From an uncultured Desulfatitalea sp. (GTDB taxonomy: Bacteria; Desulfobacterota; Desulfobacteria; Desulfobacterales; Desulfosarcinaceae): a DNA stretch of 64,000 nucleotides. Position numbers and translations under genes: made by a program. The notes under the pieces are model-generated. The model saw nothing but the letters and a program-made list of their open reading frames with translations. It was not told where the DNA came from and searched no databases. Positions within the stretch are counted from its first letter, which is position 1, and each line of letters starts with the position of its first letter. Shown here piece after piece: positions 1-11,002 of the stretch. The stretch lies in the NCBI GenBank assembly GCA_963668675.2, contig CAXXMB010000001.1, forward strand, positions 608,001-672,000, written 5' to 3'.

Positions 1-338
1 TGGGGAATCTCCTTTTTTACGGGAACTTGATACCGGTGTTTGTCAGATTTGCGAAACAACCTGATGCGCTCACCCGGATAGATCCAGTGGGGGTTGGGGA
101 TTTGGGTGTTCTCTCGCCATAAGTCGGGCCACTGCCACGGCGTGTCGCTGAAACGCTGGGAGAGGTCCCAAAGGGTATCACCCTTTTTTACCGTGTAATA
201 GAAACCCGCTTGATACTCTACCTCTGCTTTTTGATTAGCCTGCTCGGCAACTGATGTCTGGGCGCCCAGCACGATCGCCAAACAAGCGCTCAGCAACAGC
301 ACCGAAGCAAATTTGCAGTATCTTATGTTGATTTTCAT
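1..338 (-). CDS. LysM peptidoglycan-binding protein, TsaP-like (partial, runs off the left edge)
   Basis: Not in the ORF track. Manual translation gives MKINIRYCKFASVLLLSACLAIVLGAQTSVA (signal peptide) ...YTVKKGDTLWDLSQRFSDTPWQWPDLWRENTQIPNPHWIYPGERI, a LysM motif. Alternative in-frame ATG at 353. Confidence 0.85.
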   Translation of the reverse strand, partial: MKINIRYCKFASVLLLSACLAIVLGAQTSVAEQANQKAEVEYQAGFYYTVKKGDTLWDLSQRFSDTPWQWPDLWRENTQIPNPHWIYPGERIRLFRKSDKHRYQVPVKKEIP

Positions 339-513
339 CGGCAAGATCCCCATTCGTTTTCGGTTTTGACCTGATACACATAACTTTTTTATTGATTTCA
401 GTAACCTGGTTAGTGGGTTTTTGTCAAGTTTTCTATCGTTTTAGCCCAATTTTGTGAAGTCAGGAATCTCTCCACTACCAAAAGAAAAGGTAAATGTTGC
501 GCTCATAGTCCAT

Positions 514-546
514 AAAAAAACCTCCGTGCTTACACGGAGGTTTTTT
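514..546. terminator. Rho-independent terminator after groEL (symmetrical, potentially bidirectional)
   Basis: A7-CCTCCGTG-CTTA-CACGGAGG-T6: a perfect 8-bp stem flanked by A and T tracts, about 25 nt past the groEL stop. Confidence 0.9.
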
Positions 547-570
547 AATTTTAAAAAAGAGGGGAAAGGG

Positions 571-2247
<1,677 letters not shown>

Positions 2248-2254
2248 TCATTTC

Positions 2255-2542
2255 TTAGCTAAGAACGCCCAATACGTCTTCTTCACGCATAATGAGATAC
2301 TCTGTGCCGTCGATTTTTACTTCGGTTCCAGCGTATTTTCCAAAGAGGATACGGTCGCCGTTTTTGATCTCCAAAGGCACCCGCTTTCCGTCATCACTCA
2401 ATTTGCCGTTGCCCACAGCTACCACCTTACCCTCAGCTGGCTTCTCTTTCGCGGTATCCGGAATGATGATTCCGCCCTTTGTGGTGGTTTCTTCCTCTAC
2501 CCGTTGCACGAGAATGCGGTCCTGTAATGGTCTGAGTTTCAT
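2255..2542 (-). CDS. groS: Co-chaperonin GroES
   Basis: [12 protein letters not shown]...[13 protein letters not shown]; immediately upstream of groEL. Confidence 0.99.
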   Translation of the reverse strand: MKLRPLQDRILVQRVEEETTTKGGIIIPDTAKEKPAEGKVVAVGNGKLSDDGKRVPLEIKNGDRILFGKYAGTEVKIDGTEYLIMREEDVLGVLS

Positions 2543-2745
2543 CTTTCATCGTCTCCTTTTGATTCTATTTTATTTCAAAAAAGGGGCTACTGTTCAAAGC
2601 CCATTTAGGTCGACTCGATTGTTCTAAGGCATTTGTCCGTTTTCGAGCTTTCGTCTCACCCCCCCTCGCGCATTTCAAAGATGAATCGTCTGCAAATGCG
2701 ATGAACCGGGAAATTCTATACAACCATCATAGCAATTTACAAACA

Positions 2746-2773
2746 CTATTGGGCTTATCAATGAGTTAGCAAG
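2746..2773 (-). promoter_or_regulatory. Possible sigma32 (RpoH)-type promoter for groES-groEL
   Basis: Minus strand CTTGCT-N14-CCCAATAG versus consensus CTTGAA-N13-15-CCCCATnT; imperfect match. Confidence 0.4.
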
Positions 2774-2829
2774 TTCACCGTTTTTATTATGAACCGGAAT
2801 GCATCGACAGAACTTCAGCCTAACATGGT

Positions 2830-3099
2830 TTAATCAGCTTTGCTTTTCTCGGTTGAATTGGATTCGCCGGATTTGGCGGCTTTGGGGGAGTCGTTGCTTT
2901 TGCTCTCTTGGCCTTGGGACTTTCCCGCATAATCGGTAACGTACCATCCGGTGCCTTTGAGATGGAATGCACTATGAGAAATCAGTTTGTGCAATTTGCC
3001 GGCACAGTGATTGCATTTGGTCAGCGGCTTTTCAGAAATTTTTTGCATGACCTCGTCAATTCGACCGCACTGCTCACATTGGTACTCATAGATGGGCAT
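2830..3099 (-). CDS. FmdB-family zinc-ribbon protein
   Basis: MPIYEYQCEQCG...CNHCAG...FHLKGTGWYVTDY; start moved to the ATG at 3099, which has a GGAGAGG SD. Confidence 0.93.
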   Translation of the reverse strand: MPIYEYQCEQCGRIDEVMQKISEKPLTKCNHCAGKLHKLISHSAFHLKGTGWYVTDYAGKSQGQESKSNDSPKAAKSGESNSTEKSKAD

Positions 3100-3335
3100 T
3101 TCCTCTCCAACCTCCCTAATCGCATGAATTTGTCTGGCATGCTGTAAATGCGTGTTCAAGCCTATGTTTTCATCGCCGATTGAAAACGCTTACCTTCTGA
3201 CGGGTTATGTATCATCGGACGAAAAAATCTGGTCAAATATAGTGTGTGAATTTGAGTTGTCAAGACGTTTGCTGATATAAAATTCAGGGTCATACAGGCG
3301 TCGGGGGCAATCGATGATAGAACCTGCCGTCCCTG

Positions 3336-3884
3336 CTACGGATGGTTCAACTTCTCAAGCGGCGGACTCCATTGGTTGTAATATTCGATGACCTGCTCGA
3401 GGCCTTCCTGCCTCACACCGCTTAATATTTGGCGCGTGATTTCGTGAACGCGGTACTCTTCGGCCAGCTTTTCGTTAGGGCTGGCATCGAAATTTTGCAA
3501 AAATTTACTGAATCGCACGATATGCACCAACTCGTGGACAATGATGTAGAGACAAAATGGCAACAGGTTCAGAACAGGAATCCGCTCTATTGTATCGGTT
3601 ATGGCATGGTCTTGGAGGCATATCTTGTAAAAATCATAGACTTCGGATCCGAGTGTCGAGCCCTTTCGTTGACCTTCATATCGGATGACCTGTGCGAAAG
3701 GACCCTCTACAATTTCGGAAGGGGTCAAATCTGCGAGCGTTTTTACATCATACTTGGGGCGCAGCCATTGACTGGCTGACATTTTGTAATGATTGCTAAC
3801 CAACTCCTCGGCCATGGTGACCGCCTGATTGATATGGCGGATCTGGTCTGCGTTGAACGGCTTCTTGAGATTCATTTGCCCCAT
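3336..3884 (-). CDS. Hypothetical protein with an HExxH zinc-binding motif
   Basis: IIVHELVHIVRF followed by AEEYRVHE; start uncertain (3884 or 3875). Confidence 0.75.
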   Translation of the reverse strand: MGQMNLKKPFNADQIRHINQAVTMAEELVSNHYKMSASQWLRPKYDVKTLADLTPSEIVEGPFAQVIRYEGQRKGSTLGSEVYDFYKICLQDHAITDTIERIPVLNLLPFCLYIIVHELVHIVRFSKFLQNFDASPNEKLAEEYRVHEITRQILSGVRQEGLEQVIEYYNQWSPPLEKLNHP

Positions 3885-4064
3885 GTTGCGCCAATAACAT
3901 ACAAGGTTAACAATATCAATAGGGTAAGTGTTCGGCCGGCGTGTGCTTCGGTTTGGGGTTGGGTGTCTGTAAAACACTCAACAGAATTATCGGGACAAGG
4001 GAGGATCGTCGGTAAGGCAGATTGAATACCAAAGGAATCCAATAGGACCGGGCACAAAAAGCTG

Positions 4065-4094
4065 TGGACAAGGCGTGTGTGTGAGTGTTATAAG
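4065..4094 (+). promoter_or_regulatory. Probable sigma70 promoter for the bS22-like gene
   Basis: TGGACA-N18-TATAAG with an extended -10 (TGnTATAAG). Confidence 0.45.
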
Positions 4095-4127
4095 GGCCGG
4101 CTATATCGTAAGAGAGGAGGTGATCCA

Positions 4128-4226
4128 TTGGGCAGCGTTATCAAAAAGCGCAGAAAAAAGATGAGAAAGCATAAACATCGCAAGCTGTTGGCTCGCACCC
4201 GACACCAGCGTAGAAAGGGCAAATAA
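4128..4226 (+). CDS. 30S ribosomal protein bS22 / AURKAIP1-COX24 (mS38) family small basic protein
   Basis: Not in the ORF track. TTG start, MGSVIKKRRKKMRKHKHRKLLARTRHQRRKGK*, preceded by a very strong SD (AGGAGGTGAT, 4115-4124). Confidence 0.93.
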   Translation: MGSVIKKRRKKMRKHKHRKLLARTRHQRRKGK

Positions 4227-4260
4227 TGTTTGGTGTATACGCGCATAACGGCAGGCAATA

Positions 4261-4305
4261 GAAAAGCACCGCTGAAAGGGTTCAAAATCTCAACGGTGCT
4301 TTTTC
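4261..4305. terminator. Bidirectional terminator between the bS22-like gene and hflC
   Basis: AAAAGCACCG...CGGTGCTTTTT inverted repeat between convergent genes. Confidence 0.75.
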
Positions 4306-4333
4306 ATTTGTGGTTTCATCCTTGGCGTGGCTG

Positions 4334-5314
4334 CTATTTTTTTCCGGTATAACCTTTCAAGAATCTAAAGACCTCCGATTCCGTTGAAAGGACCAGGCTG
4401 CTGTCCTTGCCGAGGGATTCGGTATAGATCTCCAGCGTTTTGACGAAAGAGTAGAATTCCGGGTCGGCGCCAAATGACTCCGCATAGAGCCTCGTCGATT
4501 CACCGTCCGCCTTGCCTTTGATCTCTTGCGCCTTGCGATAGGCTTCAGACTCTATTCTTTTCAGGTCTAGCTCTTTATCACCCAAGATTTTTTGGGCTTC
4601 CCCCTTGCCTTCTGATCTGAATTTTTCGGCAATCTGCTTCCGCTCTGCAATCATGCGGCCGTAGACAGATTTGCGCACCTCTTCTACATAGTCGATGCGC
4701 TTGATTTTTACATCGACTAAATCTATACCGAACTTCTGGAGTTTGTCCTGAGCTTGCCTTAGAATCATACCGTCTATTTTACTTCGTCCAACCGAAATCG
4801 TATAGGTGGTAGCGGACTTCTCCTTCGTCGCATTCACCTGGTCTATGGTGCCGTCTGCCAGAACGGTATCGAATACTTCAAATGTATCCAATTCACGATT
4901 GCTGTTTCGCACCGCCTCGATCAGCCTGTTGGACGTGATGAGGTTGCGTACCGCCGGATCGATAATCTCATTGAGCCGATTGACCGCCAGGCGACTGTCA
5001 GTGCCGATGGTTTTAAAGAACAGCACCGGATCGACGATTTTCCAGCGTGCAAATGTGTCAACCCAAATATAGGTTTTGTCCTTGGTGGGGATTTGGCCTG
5101 GATCACCATCCCACTCCTGCAGATTTTTGGGGTAGAGGATCTTTTTTTCGATCATCGGGATTTTGAACTTGAGTCCAGGCTTCTCGACGATCCGTTCCAC
5201 CCGGCTGAATCTGGTGATGACGACTTGCTCCGTTTCATCTACAGTGTAGGCGCTGGAAAAGACAATAATCAATAAGAGCGCGGCGATGGCGCCGATGATT
5301 ACTTTAACATTCAT
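4334..5314 (-). CDS. hflC: FtsH protease modulator HflC
   Basis: N-terminal TM, SPFH domain, RMIAERKQIAEKFRSEG and DPEFYSF motifs. Confidence 0.96.
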   Translation of the reverse strand: MNVKVIIGAIAALLLIIVFSSAYTVDETEQVVITRFSRVERIVEKPGLKFKIPMIEKKILYPKNLQEWDGDPGQIPTKDKTYIWVDTFARWKIVDPVLFFKTIGTDSRLAVNRLNEIIDPAVRNLITSNRLIEAVRNSNRELDTFEVFDTVLADGTIDQVNATKEKSATTYTISVGRSKIDGMILRQAQDKLQKFGIDLVDVKIKRIDYVEEVRKSVYGRMIAERKQIAEKFRSEGKGEAQKILGDKELDLKRIESEAYRKAQEIKGKADGESTRLYAESFGADPEFYSFVKTLEIYTESLGKDSSLVLSTESEVFRFLKGYTGKK

Positions 5315-6348
5315 TTTTCTATACCTTTAATTTCTCTGCCCAGATTTAAAAGGGGCAGCAAGTTCTTCTGATCGTCATCGACGATATACTTGGGACCTAT
5401 CTTGGGCAGCAGTTCACGAATCGCTTCGAGATAGAGGCGCCTTTTGGTCACATCCTTGGCTTTGGCGTACTCCAGATAGAGTGCCGTGAAGCGCGATGCA
5501 TCACCTTTAGCACTGTTGACGCGGTCCAGGGCGTACCCCTCGCTTGCCTTGATGGTTCGCTCCGCCTCGCCACGCGCCGCCGGGATCGCCTTATTGTAAT
5601 CCTCTTTGGCCTGGTAGATCATTTTCTCTTTTTCTTGAATGGCCTGATTGACTTCGTTGAAAGAGGGCTGCACCGGTGCAGGCACGTTGGTCCGCTTCAG
5701 CTCGACATTTATCACCAGAAGGCCCGTTTCGGCCTTGTCCAACTCCTCCTGGAGGACAGCCTCGGCTTGATTGGCGATCTCCTGGCGCTTGGTGATCACT
5801 TCATTGATACTCCGATCGCCCACCACCAGACGCATGCTGGCTTCGGACAGATCGCGCAACAAACCGCGAACGTCTTTCACCTTGAACAAAAAGTCATATG
5901 GATCTTTAATTCTGTATTGGACGATCCAGGGAACGACGGCAACATTCAAGTCGCCGGTGAGCATCAATGATTCTCCGGCTGCCTCCGAAAGTGACGATGA
6001 GCGTTGGCGCGTATCCGTTCGCCCCGTGCTGAGCCCGAACTCCTCTTTGAAAACTTTTTCCTTGGGGACTTTGCTTACATGCTCGATTCCGAAAGGAAGC
6101 TTGAAATTCAACCCCGGCTGCTCGATGCGGACAAACTCTCCAAAGCGCCTGATGACCCCTACGGCCCCTGTGTCGATGGTGAAGAAACTTGTGTAACCGA
6201 TGGCGAGCACGAGTACGATAAAGACCAGCAGAAGCATGCCGCCTGGTATTTTCATATTCTTGAACTGTTTTATCAGCTCATCCATCTGTGGTGGCGGACC
6301 TGATTTATGCTGTTGCTGTTGATTTAGTTTTTCCCAATCCCAAGCCAT
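5311..6348 (-). CDS. hflK: FtsH protease modulator HflK
   Basis: MAWD...GPPP N-terminus, MLTGDLN, IPAARGEA, VTKRRLYLE; 4-bp overlap with hflC. Confidence 0.96.
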   Translation of the reverse strand: MAWDWEKLNQQQQHKSGPPPQMDELIKQFKNMKIPGGMLLLVFIVLVLAIGYTSFFTIDTGAVGVIRRFGEFVRIEQPGLNFKLPFGIEHVSKVPKEKVFKEEFGLSTGRTDTRQRSSSLSEAAGESLMLTGDLNVAVVPWIVQYRIKDPYDFLFKVKDVRGLLRDLSEASMRLVVGDRSINEVITKRQEIANQAEAVLQEELDKAETGLLVINVELKRTNVPAPVQPSFNEVNQAIQEKEKMIYQAKEDYNKAIPAARGEAERTIKASEGYALDRVNSAKGDASRFTALYLEYAKAKDVTKRRLYLEAIRELLPKIGPKYIVDDDQKNLLPLLNLGREIKGIEK

Positions 6349-6503
6349 GATCGATACACCTGCACTTTCTTAATGTTAATGGGTGGTTGTATTGACACGT
6401 ACATATTGAATAATCTCAGAGGTACCATCTAATGCCCCGGAAGGCCAAGCAGTGTGTTGCGGTGATGATTGATAGTAATATCAGCCTCTTTTGATGAAGC
6501 CTC

Positions 6504-6532
6504 AATTTAAAGCGCCCCCATGAGGAAGTCAA
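6504..6532 (-). promoter_or_regulatory. Probable sigma70 promoter for hflKC
   Basis: Minus strand TTGACT-N17-TAAATT. Confidence 0.5.
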
Positions 6533-6651
6533 GGGAAAACCTTTTTCGATTCCCTTTCCCGCTCTTAACGACCCATTCAAGCGATTGGTTTCACTTGACA
6601 AACACGGACCGCCCGATTTATTGGCCGAATGATGCCGACCATTGTGGCGCT

Positions 6652-6698
6652 CTGTTCAGGCCGTCGCCAAAATCATATCTTGGCGACGGCCTGAACAG
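6652..6698. repeat. Perfect 19-bp inverted repeat with a 9-nt loop
   Basis: CTGTTCAGGCCGTCGCCAA-AATCATATC-TTGGCGACGGCCTGAACAG; no U-tract. Confidence 0.9.
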
Positions 6699-6757
6699 TT
6701 GCCGTTTGCTGAACCATTGTAATAAGAAAGAATAAATCAGAGGGAGAGGGTTGGTGT

Positions 6758-7075
6758 ATGAGTGCTTTCCGGCGCAATCGTAAACGTTTTGTCCCCATCG
6801 GCAGTGTGATCGACAAATTGATGCGTCAATACCGGCCCGTAAACGATCGGCAACTCCTTGAAGTATGGGATGTCTGGGAGCAGGCAGTGGGCACCGCCAT
6901 TGCCGCAAATGCACGTCCTGCCGCTTTCAAAGGGGACACGCTATTGATCCACGTGGTCTCATCCACCTGGCTGCATCACATGCGATTTCTTGAAAAGGAA
7001 CTGATAGAAAAGATCAACTTTGCAATGGGGCATCAAGTTGTCCGTTCGGTTAAGCTCAAAGTCGGGGTCTTGTAA
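6758..7075 (+). CDS. DciA / DUF721 family protein (putative replicative helicase loader)
   Basis: WEQAVGTAIAANARP...GDTLLIHVVSSTWLHHMRF...LIEKIN matches the DUF721 pattern. Confidence 0.85.
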   Translation: MSAFRRNRKRFVPIGSVIDKLMRQYRPVNDRQLLEVWDVWEQAVGTAIAANARPAAFKGDTLLIHVVSSTWLHHMRFLEKELIEKINFAMGHQVVRSVKLKVGVL

Positions 7076-7079
7076 CCCT

Positions 7080-7802
7080 ATGGCCGAGTTTTCCACAGAT
7101 GGCTTCTTCAATGGCCGGCTGAATGTCTCGCAGTCCCTGAACGGCTACCGCTTCTCCATCGACGCCGTCCTGTTGGCTGCTGCCGTTCAACCGGAAGCAG
7201 GTGAAACCGTTCTCGATCTCGGAACGGGGTGCGGTATTATACCTTTAATTCTGGCGATGCGTCATCCGGAGGTCTCAATTACGGGTATCGAGATTCAGGA
7301 CGAACTTGCCATTCTCGCGCAACGAAACATCGAGGACAATCATTTTGAAGGGCGTATCACGGTTCGAAACATGGATCTTAACCTGCTTCCAGATCGAGGC
7401 ACCACCGGGCCTTTTGATTGGGTTGTCAGCAACCCGCCCTATCGATGCCCCCGCACCTTCCGCATAAACCCGGACGAACAGAAGGCCACGGCCAGGTTCG
7501 AACTAAAAATTGATCTGGCGAAACTGCTTCAAGCCTCCGGACGGCTTTTGCGTAGCGGAGGACGTTTTGTCACTGTCTTTACAGCTGAGCGGGCAGTCGA
7601 TCTCTTTGTTCAGATGCGCCAGGCAGAGATTGAACCCCAGTCGATTCAGCCCGTCCAATCATATGCAGGAGAGGTTGCCAAACTTGTATTGGTCAAAGGC
7701 ATCAAGAGAGGGACCACTGGTTTGCGCATTGAACCGGCTTTGGTGGTTCACGAAAGGGGCGGCATCTACAGTGAAAAAGTTCAGGGGATGATGAGGCCTT
7801 GA
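7080..7802 (+). CDS. tRNA1(Val) A37 N6-methyltransferase (TrmN6/YfiC family)
   Basis: GYRFSIDAVLL, VLDLGTGCG, SNPPY, ARFE; start moved to the ATG at 7080. Confidence 0.88.
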   Translation: MAEFSTDGFFNGRLNVSQSLNGYRFSIDAVLLAAAVQPEAGETVLDLGTGCGIIPLILAMRHPEVSITGIEIQDELAILAQRNIEDNHFEGRITVRNMDLNLLPDRGTTGPFDWVVSNPPYRCPRTFRINPDEQKATARFELKIDLAKLLQASGRLLRSGGRFVTVFTAERAVDLFVQMRQAEIEPQSIQPVQSYAGEVAKLVLVKGIKRGTTGLRIEPALVVHERGGIYSEKVQGMMRP

Positions 7803-7920
7803 AAGCCTTGATAGATGGATTCGAGAGGCCAATCGACAGAATTGCAGGCGCCGGGAGACAGTATATCTAACCCGATCCTTGCAAGATGCCGATCACAGGC
7901 GATAATCGCCTGAGAAACCA

Positions 7921-7949
7921 TTGACACTGTGAAACAAAAAGGATATTGA
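7921..7949 (+). promoter_or_regulatory. Probable sigma70 promoter for the tRNA-Ser pair
   Basis: TTGACA-N17-TATTGA, about 30 nt upstream of the first tRNA. Confidence 0.55.
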
Positions 7950-7981
7950 ACCAGACCTGCACGCTGCCTTTTGGGATATCC

Positions 7982-8073
7982 GGAGAGGTTGCCGAGTGGC
8001 TGAAGGCCCCGCTCTCGAAAAGCGGTATCCCGTTTACCCGGGATCGTGGGTTCGAATCCCACCCTCTCCGCCA
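7982..8073 (+). tRNA. tRNA-Ser (anticodon CGA)
   Basis: GGAGAGG acceptor stem, CCGCT-CT-CGA-AA-AGCGG anticodon arm, long variable arm, GGTTCGAATCC, encoded CCA. Confidence 0.97.
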
Positions 8074-8135
8074 ACCATTAACGGTGTGATCGAGGAGACC
8101 GATCCGAAACGGCCACGTGTCCCATACCTTGTAAC

Positions 8136-8229
8136 GGAGAGATGTCCGAGCTGGCTGAAGGAGCACGACTGGAAATCGTGTGTGTCGTTTATAGCGGCAC
8201 CGAGGGTTCGAATCCCTCTCTCTCCGCCA
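8136..8229 (+). tRNA. tRNA-Ser (anticodon GGA)
   Basis: GGAGAGA acceptor stem, CACGA-CT-GGA-AA-TCGTG anticodon arm, long variable arm, GGTTCGAATCC, encoded CCA. Confidence 0.97.
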
Positions 8230-8356
8230 TTCCAACTCCCCTATCCGGTATTGTTCCGCCTGTAAAAGCAAAGTGGCCTTATTGCACAGGGTCACCAGGT
8301 GCGCTATAAGAACCTTCGTGGTTGAAACATACTAAGGGGACTTCATAAAATTTACC

Positions 8357-10039
8357 ATGAGCTATCTGGTTTTTGCCCGCAAATACAGGCCCCAGGACTT
8401 TGATGCCGTTGTTCAACAGACCCATGTCACGCGTACATTGGTCAACGCCATCGAGGCCGGCCGTGTCGCACATGCCATCCTTTTTGCCGGACCTCGCGGT
8501 ACAGGTAAAACCACTGTTGCGCGTATTCTGGCCAAAGCCATGAATTGTGAAAAGGGTCCGACCGGAACGCCTTGTGGCAAGTGCCGATCTTGCTTAGAAA
8601 TACAGGACGGCCATGCAGCCGATGTGTTCGAGATTGACGGGGCATCGAACAACAGTGTCGATCAGGTGCGGGATCTGCGTGATAATCTCAAATACATGCC
8701 CTCCCACAGTCGATATAAGATCTATATTATCGATGAAGTGCACATGCTGAGCCTGGCTGCCTTTAATGCACTGCTGAAGACGCTGGAAGAACCGCCCGAA
8801 CATGTCCTTTTCATGTTTGCAACGACGGAAGCACACAAAATTCCGGTTACGATACTGTCTCGATGCCAACGGCACGATCTGCGCCGGATCGAACTTCCGG
8901 CAATTGTTTCGCATCTGAAAACCATTTGTGACCAGGAAGCGGTCGCCATTGAGGAGCAGAGCATTGGGCTTATCGCCCAGGAGGCTGGCGGTAGCTTGCG
9001 CGATGCACTGAGCCTGCTCGATCATGTGTTGGCCTGCGCTGAATCCGAGGTGACGAGCGATTTGGTTGCTGATCTGTTGGGGGCTGTGGAGCGGCGACAC
9101 CTTTTTGCATTTTCGGAAGCCGTTTTTTCGCGAGATCTCCAAGCGCTCCTTGAACAGATCGACACTGTTTGGCAACACGGCCTCGAAATCAAACGTTTCT
9201 ATTCCGACATGGTCGTCCATTTCCACCATCTGTTGCTGGTCAAAATGGGCACTCGCTCCAGCGGTTTGGTTGATCTGCCGGAGCATGAAGTGAAACAGAT
9301 GGCGGCCCTGATCAAGGATGTACCGGAACCCTTTCTCGTGCAGCTTTTAGAGATGTTGTTTCAGGCCGAACAGGCCATCACGTTTTCGAGTCAGCCGCGA
9401 ATGAGCTTAGAGCTTCTTTTTATCAAGCTGTTTCAGACACCACCGGCGCTGTCCATTGATCGTCTGATATCCGGTCTGGATCAGCTTCGTTCATTACCTT
9501 CGGCAATACCTGAAACAGAGGCAGTGCGACTACCAAAAAAGGAAGCAGTGGCCGAGAGCCTTCCTCCGGTATCATCAGGCAATGTCCCAGAGGAGAAGCC
9601 GGTTTCAGACCAACCCGAGGTGCCCGAAGAGAGGACCGGAGAAAAAGGAGAAACAGCGCCGTGCAAGCGTGTGGATGAAACGAGGGTGTGGGATCTCATC
9701 CTTGATCGTATGGAGGAGGAGAGGCCTTCGTTGGAGGCCATTCTCAGGAAAAGCAGAATCGTCCACAAGGGTGGGGATTGTTGGGAGATCGCGGTTGGTG
9801 GAAACGAGTTCAGTTTTAACAGCGTCAAGAAGCAATCGAAGCTTTTGGAGGAGACCTATCTCGGCATAACGGGCAGGACGCTCGAGTTGCAACTGATTGC
9901 CGATTGTGATGATGCGGCGACGCGTCAGGAGAAAAAGAGAAAAGAGGATCAGGTAAAAAAAACTGCGCTGGGGCATCCGTTGGTCATGGAAGCCCTTGAA
10001 CTTTTCAATGGAAAAATCGTGGACGTAAAAGTGCCATAG
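8357..10039 (+). CDS. dnaX: DNA polymerase III subunit gamma/tau
   Basis: [15 protein letters not shown], zinc module CEK...CGKCRSC, DEVHML, SRCQ. Confidence 0.98.
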   Translation: MSYLVFARKYRPQDFDAVVQQTHVTRTLVNAIEAGRVAHAILFAGPRGTGKTTVARILAKAMNCEKGPTGTPCGKCRSCLEIQDGHAADVFEIDGASNNSVDQVRDLRDNLKYMPSHSRYKIYIIDEVHMLSLAAFNALLKTLEEPPEHVLFMFATTEAHKIPVTILSRCQRHDLRRIELPAIVSHLKTICDQEAVAIEEQSIGLIAQEAGGSLRDALSLLDHVLACAESEVTSDLVADLLGAVERRHLFAFSEAVFSRDLQALLEQIDTVWQHGLEIKRFYSDMVVHFHHLLLVKMGTRSSGLVDLPEHEVKQMAALIKDVPEPFLVQLLEMLFQAEQAITFSSQPRMSLELLFIKLFQTPPALSIDRLISGLDQLRSLPSAIPETEAVRLPKKEAVAESLPPVSSGNVPEEKPVSDQPEVPEERTGEKGETAPCKRVDETRVWDLILDRMEEERPSLEAILRKSRIVHKGGDCWEIAVGGNEFSFNSVKKQSKLLEETYLGITGRTLELQLIADCDDAATRQEKKRKEDQVKKTALGHPLVMEALELFNGKIVDVKVP

Positions 10040-10050
10040 GAGGTTTGCCA

Positions 10051-10362
10051 ATGAAGGGTATGGGAAACATGATGAAACAGGCCCAGAAGCTCCAATCCAA
10101 GATGCTGAAGATGCAGGAGGAGCTGGCCGAAAGGACCGTCGAAAGCAGTGCCGGAGGCGGGATGGTAAAGGTCGTGGCCAATGGCCGTCAGCAGGTCGTC
10201 TCGATTGAACTGGAGAAAGAGGTCGTCGATCCGGAAGATATCGAGATGCTTCAGGACCTTGTTCTGGCGGCTGTAAACGATGCCTTGAACAAAGCGCAGG
10301 AGATGGTCGCTTCGGAGATGGGCAAGTTGACAGGCGGGTTCAACCTTCCGGGTTTTATGTAA
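10051..10362 (+). CDS. ybaB: YbaB/EbfC nucleoid-associated protein
   Basis: MMKQAQKLQ...SAGGGMVKV...[14 protein letters not shown]; lies between dnaX and recR. Confidence 0.96.
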   Translation: MKGMGNMMKQAQKLQSKMLKMQEELAERTVESSAGGGMVKVVANGRQQVVSIELEKEVVDPEDIEMLQDLVLAAVNDALNKAQEMVASEMGKLTGGFNLPGFM

Positions 10363-10402
10363 ATGGCTCGTGTCATTACCACTGTAAGGATAAGAGAAGA
10401 AC

Positions 10403-11002
10403 ATGCAACACTATCCCGAATCCATCAGAGCGCTGATTCGCAGTTTTGCCAAGCTTCCGGGTATTGGCGAGAAGACGGCCGAACGCTTGGCGATGCATGT
10501 GCTGCGGAGACCGGTACAAGAAGCAGAAGCATTGGCGCACAGCATCGTGGATGTCAAACAGAAGGTGAGACTGTGTGCCGACTGTTTCGGACTCAGCGAT
10601 GGTGAACGTTGCCACATCTGTCAGGATCTCTCCCGAGTCGCCTCCCTGGTCTGTGTGGTCGAACAGCCGGCCGATATGATCGCCATCGAAAAGTCCGGCG
10701 CGTTCAAAGGGGTTTATCACATACTGGGCGGGACGTTGCTGCCAATGGAAGGGGTCGGCCCCGACGATTTGCGTATCCGTGAACTATTTGAACGCATCCG
10801 AAGAGACGAGATTAAAGAGGTCATCCTCGCGACCGGCACCGGCGTTGAGGGTGAATCTACCGCCGCATATATTGCCCAGCGGCTTGCCGGTACAGGCGTA
10901 TCCGTATCGCGCATCGCGTCGGGAGTACCGGTGGGCGGTGATTTGAAATATATCGATAAAATGACACTGAAGTGTGCCCTGGACGGTCGTCATGCCCTCT
11001 AA
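10403..11002 (+). CDS. recR: Recombination mediator RecR
   Basis: LPGIGEKTAERLA HhH, C4 zinc finger, CVVE...YHILGG Toprim domain. Confidence 0.97.
   Translation: MQHYPESIRALIRSFAKLPGIGEKTAERLAMHVLRRPVQEAEALAHSIVDVKQKVRLCADCFGLSDGERCHICQDLSRVASLVCVVEQPADMIAIEKSGAFKGVYHILGGTLLPMEGVGPDDLRIRELFERIRRDEIKEVILATGTGVEGESTAAYIAQRLAGTGVSVSRIASGVPVGGDLKYIDKMTLKCALDGRHAL

Noticed and set aside
7982..8229. tRNA-Ser as an integration site for an island or prophage
   Set aside because: No integrase, no duplicated tRNA 3' end seen, and housekeeping genes lie on both sides.
7781..8295. ORFs 7781-8074, 7867-8295 and 7996-8265
   Set aside because: Shadow translations of the two tRNA genes.
8074..8356. SRP RNA (ffs), often found between tRNA-Ser and dnaX
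   Set aside because: I could not find the conserved CAGG...GGAA...GCAGC domain IV hairpin in either spacer.
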